From Eledone cirrhosa (lineage: Eukaryota): a stretch of DNA of 64,000 bases. The notes under the pieces were generated by a model. The model had not been told where the DNA came from. It made no database searches and saw only the letters and a list, made by a program, of their open reading frames with translations. The translations under genes and the position numbers were made by a program. The DNA lies in NCBI GenBank assembly GCA_964016885.1, contig OZ024743.1, positions 140,182,001 to 140,246,000 of the forward strand. The letters are read 5' to 3'. This document shows, piece after piece, positions 24,501 to 37,660 of the stretch; position 1 is the stretch's first letter; the number at the start of each line of letters is the position of its first letter.

Positions 24501-26670
24501 TGCTTGGTCCTTGGTGTTTGGTGCTTGGTGCTTGGTGTTTGTACTTGGTGCTTGGTGCTTGGTGTTTGGTTCCTGGTTCTTGGTGTTTGGTACTTGGTGC
24601 TTGGTGCTTGGTGTTTGGTGCTTGGTGCTTGGTGTTTGGTGTTTGGTGTTTGGTGCTTGGTGCTTGGTGTTTGGTGCTTGGTGCTTGGTGCTGGGTGGTT
24701 GGTATTTGGTGCTTGGTGCTTGGTGTTTGGTGCTTGGTGCTTGGTGCTTGGTGTTTGGTGCTTGGTGCTTGGTGCTTGGTCTTTGGTGCTTGGTGTTTGG
24801 TGTTTGGTGCTTGGTGCTTTGTGTTTTGTGCTTGGTGATAAGTGTTTGGTGCTTGGTACTTGGTGTTTGGTGCTTGGTGTTTGGTGTTTGCTGTTTGGTG
24901 TTTGGTGTTTGGTGTTTGCTGTTTGGTGTCTGCTTTTTGGTGTTTGGTGTTTGCTGTATGGTGTTTGCTGTTTCGTGTTTGGTGTTTGCTGTTTGGTGTT
25001 TGGTGTTTGCTGTTTGGTGTTTGGTCTTTGGTGCTTGGTGTTTGGTGCTTGGTGCTTGGTGTTTGGTGTTTGGTGCTTGGTGTTTGGTGTTTGGTGCTTG
25101 GTGCTTGGTGCTTGGTGTTTGGTGCTTGGTGTCTGGTGCTTGGTGTCTGGTGCTTGGTGTTTGGTGTTTGGTGTTTGGTGCTTGGTGTTTGGTGTTTGGT
25201 GTTTGGTGTTTGGTGCTTGTTGCTTGGTGCTTGGTGCTTGGTGTTTGGTGCTTGGTGCTTGGTGTTTGGTGCTGGGTGCTTGGTGTTTGGTGCTTGGTGC
25301 TTGGTGTTTGGTGTTTGGTGCTTGGTGCTTGGTGTTTGGTGTTTGGTGTTATATGCTTGGTGTTTGGTGCTTGGTGCTTGGTGTTTGGTGTTTGGTTCTT
25401 GATGCTTGGTATTTGGTGCTTGGTGCTTGCTGCTTGGTGTTTGGTGCTTGGTGATTGATGCTTGGTGTTTGGTGCTTGGTGCTTGGTGTTTGGTTTTTGG
25501 TGCTAGGTGCTTGGTGCTTGGTGTTTGGTGCTTGGTGTTTGGTGTTTGGTGCTTGGTGCTTGGTGTTTGGTACTTGGTGCTTGGTGCTTGGTGTTTGGTG
25601 CTTGGTGCTTGGTGTTTGGTGTTTGGTGTTTGGTGCTTGGTGCTTGGTGTTTGGTGCTTGGTGCTGGGTGGTTGGTGTTTGGTGCTTGGTGCTTGGTGTT
25701 TTGTGCTAGGTGCATGGTGCCTGGTGTTTGGTGCTTGGTGCTTGGTGCTTGGTCTTTGGTGTTTGGTGTTTAGTGCTTGGTGCTTGGTGCTTGGTGCTTG
25801 GTGCTTGGTGCTTGGTCCTTGGTGTTTGGTGCTTGGTGCTTGGTGTTTGGTGTTTGGTGCTTGGTGTTTGGTGCTTCGTGTTTGGTGTTTGGTGCTTGGT
25901 GTCTGGAGCTTGGTGTTTGGTGTTTGGTGCTTGGTGTTTGGTGTTTGGTGCTTGGTGCTTGGTGTTTGGTGCTTGGTGCTTGGTGCTTGGTGTTTGGTGC
26001 TTGGTGCTTGGTGCTTGGTCTTTGGTGCTTGGTGTTTGGTGTTTGGTGCTTGGTGCTTTGTGTTTGGTGCTTGGTGATTAGTGTTTGGTGCTTGGTACTT
26101 GGTGTTTGGTGCTTGGTGTTTGGTGTTTGCTGTTTGGTGTTTGGTGTTTGCTGTTTGCTGTTTGGTGTCTGCTTTTTGGTGTTTGGTGTTTGCTGTATGG
26201 TGTTTGCTGTTTCGTGTTTGGTGTTTGCTGTTTGGTGTTTGGTGTTTGTTGTTTGGTGTTTGGTCTTTGGTGCTTGGTGTTTGGTGCTTGGTGCTTGGTG
26301 TTTGGTGTTTGGTGCTTGGTGCTTGGTGCTTGGTGTTTGGTGCTTGGTGTCTGGTGCTTGGTGTCTGGTGCTTGGTGTTTGGTGTTTGGTGTTTGGTGCT
26401 TGGTGTTTGGTGTTTGGTGTTTGGTGTTTGGTGCTTGTTGCTTGCTGCTTGGTGCTTGGTGCTTGGTGCTTGGTCCTTGGTGTTTGGTGCTTGGTGCTTG
26501 GTGTTTGGTGTTTGGTGCTTGGTGCTTGGTGCTTCGTGTTTGGTGTTTGGTGCTTGGTGTCTGGAGCTTGGTGTTTGGTGTTTGGTGCTTGGTGTTTGGT
26601 GTTTGGTGCTTGGTGCTTGGTGTTTGGTGCTTGGTGCTTGGTGCTTGGTGTTTGGTGCTTGGTGCTTGGT
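18590..26670 (+). repeat. Higher-order tandem duplication, unit about 4.2 kb (4254/4191 bp)
   Basis: Offset 4254 (18623/22877, 19413/23667), then 4191 (19679/23870, 20651/24842, 21890/26081), a 63-bp or 9-monomer difference. The GATAAGT variant occurs only at about 20646 and 24837. Confidence 0.88.
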
Positions 26671-28959
26671 GCTTGGTCTTTGGTGCTTGGTGTTTGGTGT
26701 TTGGTGCTTGGTGCTTTGTGTTTGGTGCTTGGTGATTAGTGTTTGGTGCTTGGTACTTGGTGTTTGGTGCTTGGTGTTTGGTGTTTGCTGTTTGGTGTTT
26801 GGTGTTTGCTGTTTGCTGTTTGGTGTCTGCTTTTTGGTGTTTGGTGTTTGCTGTATGGTGTTTGCTGTTTCGTGTTTGGTGTTTGCTGTTTGGTGTTTGG
26901 TGTTTGCTGTTTGGTGTTTGGTCTTTGGTGCTTGGTGTTTGGTGCTTGGTGCTTGGTGTTTGGTGTTTGGTGCTTGGTGCTTGGTGCTTGGTGTTTGGTG
27001 CTTGGTGTCTGGTGCTTGGTGTCTGGTGCTTGGTGTTTGGTGTTTGGTGTTTGGTGCTTGGTGTTTGGTGTTTGGTGTTTGGTGTTTGGTGCTTGTTGCT
27101 TGGTGCTTGGTGCTTGGTGTTTGGTGCTGGGTGCTTGGTGTTTGGTGCTTGGTGCTTGGTGCTTGGTGTTTGGTGTTTGGTGCTTGGTGCTTGGTGTTTG
27201 GTGTTTGGTGTTATATGCTTGGTGTTTGATGCTTGGTGCTTGGTGCTTGGTGTTTGGTGTTTGGTGCTTGGTGTTTTATGCTTGGTGTTTGATGTTTGGT
27301 GCTTGGTGCTTGGTGTTTGGTGCTTGGTGCTTGGTGTTTCTACTTGGTGCTTGGTGCTTGGTGTTTGGTTCTTGGTTCTTGGTGTTTGGTACTTGGTGCT
27401 TGGTGCTTGGTGTTTGGTGCTTGGTGCTTGGAGTTTGGTGTTTGGTGCTTGGTGCTTGGTGTTTTGTGTTTGGTGTTTGGTTTTTGGTGCTTGGTGCTTG
27501 GTGCTTGGTGCTTGGTCCTTGGTGTTTGGTGCTTGGTGCTTGGTGTTTGTACTTGGTGCTTGGTGCTTGGTGTTTGGTTCTTGGTTCTTGGTGTTTGGTA
27601 CTTGGTGCTTGGTGCTTGGTGTTTGGTGCTTGGTGCTTGGTGTTTGGTGTTTGGTGTTTGGTGCTTGGTGCTTGGTGTTTGGTGCTTGGTGCTTGGTGCT
27701 GGGTGGTTGGTATTTGGTGCTTGGTGCTTGGTGTTTGGTGCTTGGTGCTTGGTGCTTGGTGTTTGGTGCTTGGTGCTTGGTGCTTGGTCTTTGGTGCTTG
27801 GTGTTTGGTGTTTGGTGCTTGGTGCTTTGTGTTTGGTGCTTGGTGATTAGTGTTTGGTGCTTGGTACTTGGTGTTTGGTGCTTGGTGTTTGGTGTTTGCT
27901 GTTTGGTGTTTGGTGTTTGGTGTTTGCTGTTTGGTGTCTGCTTTTTGCTGTTTGGTGTTTGCTGTATGGTGTTTGCTGTTTCGTGTTTGGTGTTTGCTGT
28001 TTGGTGTTTGGTCTTTGGTGCTTGGTGTTTGGTGCTTGGTGCTTGGTGTTTGGTGTTTGGTGCTTGGTGTTTGGTGTTTGGTGCTTGGTGCTTGGTGCTT
28101 GGTGTTTGGTGCTTGGTGTCTGGTGCTTGGTGTCTGGTGCTTGGTGTTTGGTGTTTGGTGTTTGGTGCTTGGTGTTTGGTGTTTGGTGTTTGGTGTTTGG
28201 TGCTTGTTGCTTGGTGCTTGGTGCTTGGTGTTTGGTGCTTGGAGCTTGGTGTTTGGTGCTGGGTGCTTGGTGTTTGGTGCTTGGTGCTTGGTGTTTGGTG
28301 TTTGGTGCTTGGTGCTTGGTGTTTGGTGTTTGGTGTTATATGCTTGGTGTTTGGTGTTTGCTGTTTGGTGTTTGGTGTTTGGTGTTTGCTGTTTGGTGTC
28401 TGCTTTTTGCTGTTTGGTGTTTGCTGTATGGTGTTTGCTGTTTCGTGTTTGGTGTTTGCTGTTTGGTGTTTGGTCTTTGGTGCTTGGTGTTTGGTGCTTG
28501 GTGCTTGGTGTTTGGTGTTTGGTGCTTGGTGTTTGGTGCTTGGTGTTTGGTGCTGGGTGCTTGGTGTTTGGTGCTTGGTGCTTGGTGTTTGGTGTTTGGT
28601 TCTTGATGCTTGGTATTTGGTGTTTGGTGCTTGGTGCTTGGTGTTTGGTGTTTGGTGCTTGGTGTTTGGTCTTTGGTGCTTGGTGCTTGGTGCTTGGTGT
28701 TTGGTGCTTGGTGTCTGGTGCTTGGTGTCTGGTGCTTGGTGTTTGGTGTTTGGTGTTTGGTGCTTGGTGTTTGGTGTTTGGTGTTTGGTGTTTGGTGCTT
28801 GTTGCTTGGTGCTTGGTGCTTGGTGTTTGGTGCTTGGTGCTTGGTGTTTGGTGCTGGGTGCTTGGTGTTTGGTGCTTGGTGCTTGGTGTTTGGTGTTTGG
28901 TGCTTGGTGCTTGGTGTTTGGTGTTTGGTGTTATATGCTTGGTGTTTGGTGCTTGGTGC

Positions 28960-31880
28960 TTGGTGTTTGGTGTTTGGTTCTTGATGCTTGGTATTTGGTG
29001 CTTGGTGCTTGCTGCTTGGTGTTTGGTGCTTGGTGATTGATGCTTGGTGTTTGGTGCTTGGTGCTTGGTGTTTGGTTTTTGGTGCTAGGTGCTTGGTGCT
29101 TGGTGTTTGGTGCTTGGTGTTTGGTGTTTGGTGCTTGGTGCTTGGTGTTTGGTACTTGGTGCTTGGTGCTTGGTGTTTGGTGCTTGGTGCTTGGTGTTTG
29201 GTGTTTGGTGTTTGGTGCTTGGTGCTTGGTGGTTGGTGCTTGGTGCTGGGTGGTTGGTATTTGGTGCTTGGTGCTTGGTGTTTTGTGCTAGGTGCATGGT
29301 GCCTGGTGTTTGGTGCTTGGTGCTTGGTGCTTGGTCTTTGGTGTTTGGTGTTTAGTGCTTGGTGCTTGGTGCTTGGTGCTTGGTGCTTGGTCCTTGGTGT
29401 TTGGTGCTTGGTGCTTGGTGTTTGGTGTTTGGTGCTTGTTGTCTGGAGCTTGGTGTTTGGTGTTTGGTGCTTGGTGTTTGGTGTTTGGTGCTTGGTGCTT
29501 GGTGTTTGGTGCTTGGTGCTTGGTGCTTGGTGTTTGGTGCTTGGTGCCTGGTGCTTGGTCTTTGGTGCTTGGTGTTTGGTGTTTGGTGCTTGGTGCTTTG
29601 TGTTTGGTGCTTGGTGATTAGTGTTTGGTGCTTGGTACTTGGTGTTTGGTGCTTGGTGTTTGGTGTTTGCTGTTTGGTGTTTGGTGTTTGCTGTTTGATG
29701 TTTGGTGTCTGCTTTTTGGTGTTTGGTGTTTGCTGTATGGTGTTTGCTGTTTCGTGTTTGGTGTTTGCTGTTTGGTGTTTGGTGTTTGCTGTTTGGTGTT
29801 TGGTCTTTGGTGCTTGGTGTTTGGTGCTTGGTGCTTGGTGTTTGGTGTTTGGTGCTTGGTGCTTGGTGCTTGGTGTTTGGTGCTTGGTGTCTGGTGCTTG
29901 GTGTCTGGTGCTTGGTGTTTGGTGTTTGGTGTTTGGTGCTTGGTGTTTGGTGTTTGGTGTTTGGTGTTTGGTGCTTGTTGCTTGGTGCTTGGTGCTTGGT
30001 GTTTGGTGCTTGGTGCTTGGTGTTTGGTGCTGGGTGCTTGGTGTTTGGTGCCTGGTGCTTGGTGCTTGGTGTTTGGTGTTTGGTGCTTGGTGCTTGGTGT
30101 TTGGTGTTTGGTGTTATATGCTTGGTGTTTGATGCTTGGTGCTTGGTGCTTGGTGTTTGGTGTTTGGTGCTTGGTGTTTTATGCTTGGTGTTTGATGTTT
30201 GGTGCTTGGTGCTTGGTGTTTGGTTCTTGGTGCTTGGTGTTTCTACTTGGTGCTTGGTGCTCGGTTCTTGGTGTTTGGTGCTTGGTGCTTGGTGCTTGGT
30301 GCTTGGTGTTTGGTGCTTGGTGTTTGGTGCTTGGTGTTTGGTGCTTGGTGCCTGGTGCTTGGTGCTTGGTGCTTGGTGTTTGGTGCTTGGTGTTTGGTGC
30401 TTGGTATTAGGTGTTTGGTGCTTGGTGCTTGGTGTTTGGTGTTTGGTGCTTGGTGCTTGGTGTTTGGTGTTTGGTTCTTGATGCTTGGTATTTGGTGCTT
30501 GGTGCTTGCTGCTTGGTGTTTGGTGCTTGGTGATTGATGCTTGGTGTTTGGTGCTTGGTGCTTGGTGTTTGGTTTTTGGTGCTAGGTGCTTGGTGCTTGG
30601 TGTTTGGTGCTTGGTGTTTGGTGTTTGGTGCTTGGTGCTTGGTGTTTGGGACTTGGTGCTTGGTGCTTGGTGTTTGGTGCTTGGTGCTTGGTGTTTGGTG
30701 TTTGGTGTTTGGTGCTTGGTGCTTGGTGTTTGGTGCTTGGTGCTGGGTGGTTGGTGTTTGGTGCTTGGTGCTTGGTGTTTTGTGCTAGGTGCATGGTGCC
30801 TGGTGTTTGGTGCTTGGTGCTTGGTGCTTGGTCTTTGGTGTTTGGTGTTTAGTGCTTGGTGCTTGGTGCTTGGTGCTTGGTGCTTGGTGCTTGGTCCTTG
30901 GTGTTTGGTGCTTGGTGCTTGGTGTTTGGTGTTTGGTGCTTGGTGTCTGGAGCTTGGTGTTTGGTGTTTGGTGCTTTGTGTTTGGTGTTTGGTGCTTGGT
31001 GCTTGGTGTTTGGTGCTTGGTGCTTGGTGCTTGGTGTTTGGTGCTTGGTGCTTGGTGCTTGGTCTTTGGTGCTTGGTGTTTGGTGTTTGGTGCTTGGTGC
31101 TTTGTGTTTGGTGCTTGGTGATTAGTGTTTGGTGCTTGGTACTTGGTGTTTGGTGCTTGGTGTTTGGTGTTTGCTGTTTGGTGTTTGGTGTTTGCTGTTT
31201 GATGTTTGGTGTCTGCTTTTTGGTGTTTGGTGTTTGCTGTATGGTGTTTGCTGTTTCGTGTTTGGTGTTTGCTGTTTGGTGTTTGGTGTTTGCTGTTTGG
31301 TGTTTGGTCTTTGGTGCTTGGTGTTTGGTGCTTGGTGCTTGGTGTTTGGTGTTTGGTGCTTGGTGCTTGGTGCTTGGTGTTTGGTGCTTGGTGTCTGGTG
31401 CTTGGTGTCTGGTGCTTGGTGTTTGGTGTTTGGTGTTTGGTGCTTGGTGTTTGGTGTTTGGTGTTTGGTGTTTGGTGCTTGTTGCTTGGTGCTTGGTGCT
31501 TGGTGTTTGGTGCTTGGTGCTTGGTGTTTGGTGCTGGGTGCTTGGTGTTTGGTGCTTGGTGCTTGGTGCTTGGTGTTTGGTGTTTGGTGCTTGGTGCTTG
31601 GTGTTTGGTGTTTGGTGTTATATGCTTGGTGTTTGATGCTTGGTGCTTGGTGCTTGGTGTTTGGTGTTTGGTGCTTGGTGTTTTATGCTTGGTGTTTGAT
31701 GTTTGGTGCTTGGTGCTTGGTGTTTGGTGCTTGGTGCTTGGTGTTTCTACTTGGTGCTTGGTGCTTGGTTCTTGGTGTTTGGTGCTTGGTGCTAGGTGCT
31801 TGGTGCTTGGTGTTTGGTGCTTGGTGTTTGGTGCTTGGTGTTTGGTGCTTGGTGTTTGGTGCTTGGTATTAGGTGTTTGG
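28960..31880 (+). repeat. Higher-order tandem duplication, unit about 1.5 kb (1497/1504 bp)
   Basis: Offsets 1497 (28988/30485, 29037/30534) and 1504 (29625/31129, 29702/31206). Both copies share the variant TTTGATGTTTGGTGTCTGC just before the cassette core. Confidence 0.85.
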
Positions 31881-34800
31881 TGCTTGGTGCTTGGTGTTTG
31901 GTGTTTGGTGCTTGGTGTTTGGTGCTTGGTGTTTGGTGTTTGGTGCTTGGTGTTTGGTGCTTGGTACTTGGTGCTTGGTGCTTGGTGTTAGGTCTTTGGT
32001 GCTTGGTGCTTGGTGTTTGGTTTTTGGTGCTTGGTGCTTGGTGTTTGGTGTTTGGTGCTTGCTGCTGGCTGCTTGGTGTTTGGTGCTTGGTGATTGGTGC
32101 TTGGTGTTTGGTGCTTGGTGTTTGGTGTTTGGTACTAGGTGCTTGGTGCTTGGTGTTTGGTGCTTGGTGCTTGGTGTTTGGTGTTTGGTGATTGGTGCTT
32201 GGTGTTTGGTGCTTGGTGCTGGGTTCTGGGTGGTTGGTGTTTGGTGCTTGGTGTTTGGTGCTGGGTGCTTGGTGTTTGGTGCTTGGTGCTTGGTCTTTGG
32301 TGTTTGGTGTTTGGTGTTTGGGGCTTGGTGCTTGGTGCTTGGTGTTTGGTGCTTGGTGCTTGGTGTTTGGTGCTTGGTGCTTAGTGTTTGGTGTTAGGTG
32401 CTTGGGGTTTGGTGTTTGGTGCTTGGTGCTTGGTGTTTGGTGCTTGGTGCTTGGTGTTTGGTGTTTGGTGCTTGGTGCTTGGTGTTTGGTGTTTCCTGTT
32501 TGCTGTTTGGTGTTTGGTGTTTGGTGTTTGTTCTTTGGTGTCTGCTTTTTGGTGTTTGGTGTTTGCTGTATGTTATTTGCTGTTTGGTGTTTGGTGTTTG
32601 GTGTTTGGTGCTTGGTGCTTGGTGTTTGGTGCTTGGTGCTTGGTGTTTGGTGCCTGGTGCTTGGGGCTTGGTGTTTGGTGTTTGGTGATTGGTGCTTGGA
32701 GTTTGGTGTTTGGTGCTTGGTAATTGGTGTTTTGTGTTTGGTGTTTGGTTTTTGGTGCTTGGTGCTTGGTGCTTGGTGCTTGGTCCTTGGTGTTTGGTGC
32801 TTGGTGCTTGGTGTTTGTACTTGGTGCTTGGTGCTTGGTGTTTGGTTCTTGGTTCTTGGTGTTTGGTACTTGGTGCTTGGTGTTTGGTGCTTGGTGCTTG
32901 GTGTTTGGTGTTTGGTGTTTGGTGCTTGGTGCTTGGTGTTTGGTGCTTGGTGCTTGGTGCTGGGTGGTTGGTATTTGGTGCTTGGTGCTTGGTGTTTGGT
33001 GCTTGGTGCTTGGTGCTTGGTGTTTGGTGCTTGGTGCTTGGTGCTTGGTCTTTGGTGCTTGGTGTTTGGTGTTTGGTGCTTGGTGCTTTGTGTTTGGTGC
33101 TTGGTGATTAGTGTTTGGTGCTTGGTACTTGGTGTTTGGTGCTTGGTGTTTGCTGTTTGGTGTTTGGTGTTTGGTGTTTGCTGTTTGGTGTCTGCTTTTT
33201 GGTGTTTGGTGTTTGCTGTATGGTGTTTGCTGTTTCGTGTTTGGTGTTTGCTGTTTGGTGTTTGGTGTTTGCTGTTTGGTGTTTGGTCTTTGGTGCTTGG
33301 TGTTTGGTGCTTGGTGCTTGGTGTTTGGTGTTTGGTGCTTGGTGTTTGGTGTTTGGTGCTTGGTGCTTGGTGCTTGGTGTTTGGTGCTTGGTGTCTGGTG
33401 CTTGGTGTCTGGTGCTTGGTGTTTGGTGTTTGGTGTTTGGTGCTTGGTGTATGGTGTTTGGTGTTTGGTGTTTGGTGCTTGTTGCTTGGTGCTTGGTGCT
33501 TGGTGTTTGGTGCTTGGTGCTTGGTGTTTGGTGCTGGGTGCTTGGTGTTTGGTGCTTGGTGCTTGGTGTTTGGTGTTTGGTGCTTGCTGCTTGGTGTTTG
33601 GTGTTTGGTGTTATATGCTTGGTGTTTGGTGCTTGGTGCTTGGTGTTTGGTGTTTGGTTCTTGATGCTTGGTATTTGGTGCTTGGTGCTTGCTGCTTGGT
33701 GTTTGGTGCTTGGTGATTGATGCTTGGTGTTTGGTGCTTGGTGCTTGGTGTTTGGTTTTTGGTGCTAGGTGCTTGGTGCTTGGTGTTTGGTGCTTGGTGT
33801 TTGGTGTTTGGTGCTTGGTGCTTGGTGTTTGGTACTTGGTGCTTGGTGCTTGGTGCTTCGTGTTTGGTGTTTGGTGCTTGGTGTCTGGAGCTTGGTGTTT
33901 GGTGTTTGGTGCTTGGTGTTTGGTGTTTGGTGCTTGGTGCTTGGTGTTTCGTGCTTGGTGCTTGGTGTTTGTACTTGGTGCTTGGTGCTTGGTGTTTGGT
34001 GCTTGGTTCTTGGTGTTTGGTGCTTGGTGTTTGGAGCTTGGTGCTTGGTGTTTGGTGCTTGGTGCTTGGTGTTTGTACTTGGTGCTTGGTGCTTGGTGTT
34101 TGGTGCTTGGTTCTTGGTGTTTGGTGCTTGGTGTTTGGAGCTTGGTGCTTGGTGTTTGGTGCTTGCTGCCTGGTGTTTGGTGTTTGGTGCTTGGTGCTTG
34201 GTGTTTGGTGTTTGGTGCTTGGTGTTTGGTGTTTGGTGCTTGGTGCTTGGTGTTTGTTGCTTGGTACTTGGTGCATGGTGTTTGGTGCTGGGTGCTTGGT
34301 GTTTTGTGCTTGGTTCTTGGTGTTTGGTGTTTGGTGCTTGGTACTTGGTGTCTGGAGCTTGGTGTTTGGTGTTTGGTGCTTGGTGTTTGGTGCTTGGTGC
34401 TTGGTGTTTGGTGTTTGGTGTTTGATGCTTGGTGTTTTATGCTTGGTGCTTGGTGTTTGGTGCTTGGTGTTTGTATTTGGTGCTTGGTGCTTGGTGTTTT
34501 GTGCTTGGTTCTTGGTGTTTGGTGTTTGGTGCTTGGTACTTGGTGCTTGGTGTTAGGTGTTTGGTGCTTGGTGCTTGGTGTTTGGTGTTTGGTCCTTGGT
34601 GCTTGGTGCTTGGTGTTTAGTGCTTGGTGCTTGGTGTTTGTTGTTTGGTGCTTTCTGTTTGCTGCTTGGTGTTTGCTGCTTGGTGCTTGGTGCTTGGTGT
34701 TTGGTGTTTGGTGCTAGGTGCTTGGTGTTTGGTGTTTGGTGTTTGATGCTTGGTGTTTGGTGCTTGGTGTTTGGTGCTTGGTGCTTGGGGCTTGGTGTTT

Positions 34801-35229
34801 GGTGCTTGGTGCTTGGTGCTTGGTGTTTGGTGCTTGGTGCTTGGTGTTTGGTGTTTGGTGTTTGGTGCTTGGTGCTTGGTGTTTGGTGCTTGGTGCTTGG
34901 TGCTGGGTGGTTGGTATTTGGTGCTTGGTGCTTGGTGTTTGGTGCCTGGGGCTTGGTGCTTGGTGTTTGGTGCTTGGTGCTTGGTGCTTGTCTTTGGTGC
35001 TTGGTGTTTGGTGTTTGGTGCTTGGTGCTTTGTGTTTGGTGCTTGGTGATTAGTGTTTGGTGCTTGGTGATTGGTGTTTGGTGCTTGGTGTTTGGTGTTT
35101 GCTGTTTGGTGTTTGCTGTTTGCTGTTTGCTGTTTGGTGTCTGCTTTTTGGTGTTTGGTGTTTGCTGTATGGTGTTTGCTGTTTCGTGTTTGGTGTTTGC
35201 TGTTTGGTGTTTGGTGTTTGCTGTTTGGT

Positions 35230-37660
35230 GTTTGGTCTTTGGTGCTTGGTGTTTGGTGCTTGGTGCTTGGTGTTTGGTGTTTGGTGCTTGGTGCTTGGTG
35301 CTTGGTGTTTGGTGCTTGGTGCTTGGTGTTTGGTGTTTGGTGTTTGGTGCTTGGTGCTTGGTGTTTGGTGCTTGGTGCTGGGTGGTTGGTGTTTGGTGCT
35401 TGGTGCTTGGTGTTTCGTGCTAGGTGCATGGTGCTTGGTGTTTGGTGCTTGGTGCTTGGTGCTTGGTCTTTGGTGTTTGGTGTTTAGTGCTTGGTGCTTG
35501 GTGCTTGGTGCTTGGTGCTTGGTCCTTGGTGTTTGGTGCTTGGTGCTTGGTGTTTGGTGTTTGGTGCTTGGTGCTTGGTGCTTCGTGTTTGGTGTTTGGT
35601 GCTTGGTGTCTGGAGCTTGGTGTTTGGTGTTTGGTGCTTGGTGTTTGGTGTTTGGTGCTTGGTGCTTGGTGTTTGGTGCTTGGTGCTTGGTGTTTGTACT
35701 TGGTGCTTGGTGCTTGGTGTTTGGTGCTTGGTTCTTGGTGTTTGGTGCTTGGTGTTTGGAGCTTGGTGCTTGGTGTTTGGTGCTTGGTGCTTGGTGTTTG
35801 TACTTGGTGCTTGGTGCTTGGTGTTTGGTGCTTGGTTCTTGGTGTTTGGTGCTTGGTGTTTGGAGCTTGGTGCTTGGTGTTTGGTGCTTGGTGCTTGGAG
35901 TTTGGTGTTTGGTGCTTGGTGCTTGGTGTTTGGTGTTTGGTGCTTGGTGTTTGGTGTTTGGTGCTTGGTGCTTGGTGTTTGTTGCTTGGTACTTGGTGCA
36001 TGGTGTTTGGTGCTGGGTGCTTGGTGTTTTGTGCTTGGTTCTTGGTGTTTGGTGTTTGGTGCTTGGTACTTGGTGTCTGGAGCTTGGTGTTTGGTGTTTG
36101 GTGCTTGGTGTTTGGTGCTTGGTGCTTGGTGTTTGGTGTTTGGTGTTTGATGCTTGGTGTTTTATGCTTGGTGCTTGGTGTTTGCTGCTTGGTGTTTGTA
36201 TTTGGTGCTTGGTGCTTGGTGTTTTGTGCTTGGTTCTTGGTGTTTGGTGTTTGGTGCTTGGTACTTGGTGCTTGGTGTTAGGTGTTTGGTGCTTGGTGCT
36301 TGGTGTTTGGTGTTTGGTCCTTGGTGCTTGGTGCTTGGTGTTTAGTGCTTGGTGCTTGGTGTTTGTTGTTTGGTGCTTTCTGTTTGCTGCCTGGTGTTTG
36401 CTGCTTGGTGCTTGGTGCTTGGTGTTTGGTGCTTGGTACTTGGTGTCTGGAGCTTGGTGTTTGGTGTTTGGTGCTTGGTGTTTGGTCTTTGTTGCTTGGT
36501 GTTTGGTGCTTGGTGCTTGGTGTTTGGTGTTTGGTGCTTGGTGCTTGGTGCTTGGTGTTTGGTGCTTGGTGCTTGGTGTTTGGTGTTTGGTGTTTGGTGC
36601 TTGGTGCTTGGTGATTGGTGCTTGGTGCTGGGTGGTTGGTGTTTGGTGCTTGGTGCTTGGTTTTTCGTGCTAGGTGCATGGTGCTTGGTGTTTGGTGCTT
36701 GGTGCTTGGTGCTTGGTCTTTGGTGTTTGGTGTTTAGTGCTTGGTGCTTGGTGCTTGGTGCTTGGTGCTTGGTCCTTGGTGTTTGGTGCTTGGTGCTTGG
36801 TGTTTGGTGTTTGGTGCTTGGTGCTTGGTGCTTCGTGTTTGGTGTTTGGTGCTTGGTGTCTGGAGCTTGGTGTTTGGTGTTTGGTGCTTGGTGTTTGGTG
36901 TTTGGTGCTTGGTGCTTGGTGTTTGGTGCTTGGTGCTTGCTGTTTGTACTTGGTGCTTGGTGCTTGGTGTTTGGTGCTTGGTTCTTGGTGTTTGGTGCTT
37001 GGTGTTTGGAGCTTGGTGCTTGGTGTTTGGTGCTTGGTGCTTGGTGTTTGTACTTGGTGCTTGGTGCTTGGTGTTTGGTGCTTGGTTCTTGGTGTTTGGT
37101 GCTTGGTGTTTGGAGCTTGGTGCTTGGTGTTTGGTGCTTGGTGCTTGGTGTTTGGTGTTTGGTGCTTGGTGCTTGGTGTTTGGTGTTTGGTGCTTGGTGT
37201 TTGGTGTTTGGTGCTTGGTGCTTGGTGTTTGTTGCTTGGTACTTGGTGCATGGTGTTTGGTGCTGTGTGCTTGGTGTTTTGTGCTTGGTTCTTGGTGTTT
37301 GGTGTTTGGTGCTTGGTACTTGGTGTCTGGAGCTTGGTGTTTGGTGTTTGGTGCTTGGTGTTTGGTGCTTGGTGCTTGGTGTTTGGTGTTTGGTGTTTGA
37401 TGCTTGGTGTTTTATGCTTGGTGCTTGGTGTTTGGTGCTTGGTGTTTGTATTTGGTGCTTGGTGCTTGGTGTTTTGTGCTTGGTTCTTGGTGTTTGGTGT
37501 TTGGTGCTTGGTACTTGGTGCTTGGTGTTAGGTGTTTGGTGCTTGGTGCTTGGTGTTTGGTGTTTGGTCCTTGGTGCTTGGTCCTTGGTGTTTAGTGCTT
37601 GGTGCTTGGTGTTTGTTGTTTGGTGCTTTCTGTTTGCTGCTTGGTGTTTGCTGCTTGGTG
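35230..37660 (+). repeat. Higher-order tandem duplication, unit 1250 bp
   Basis: Offset 1250 (35424/36674, 35491/36741, 36154/37404, 36282/37532). 1250 = 179x7 - 3, matching three 6-bp monomers per unit. Confidence 0.87.
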
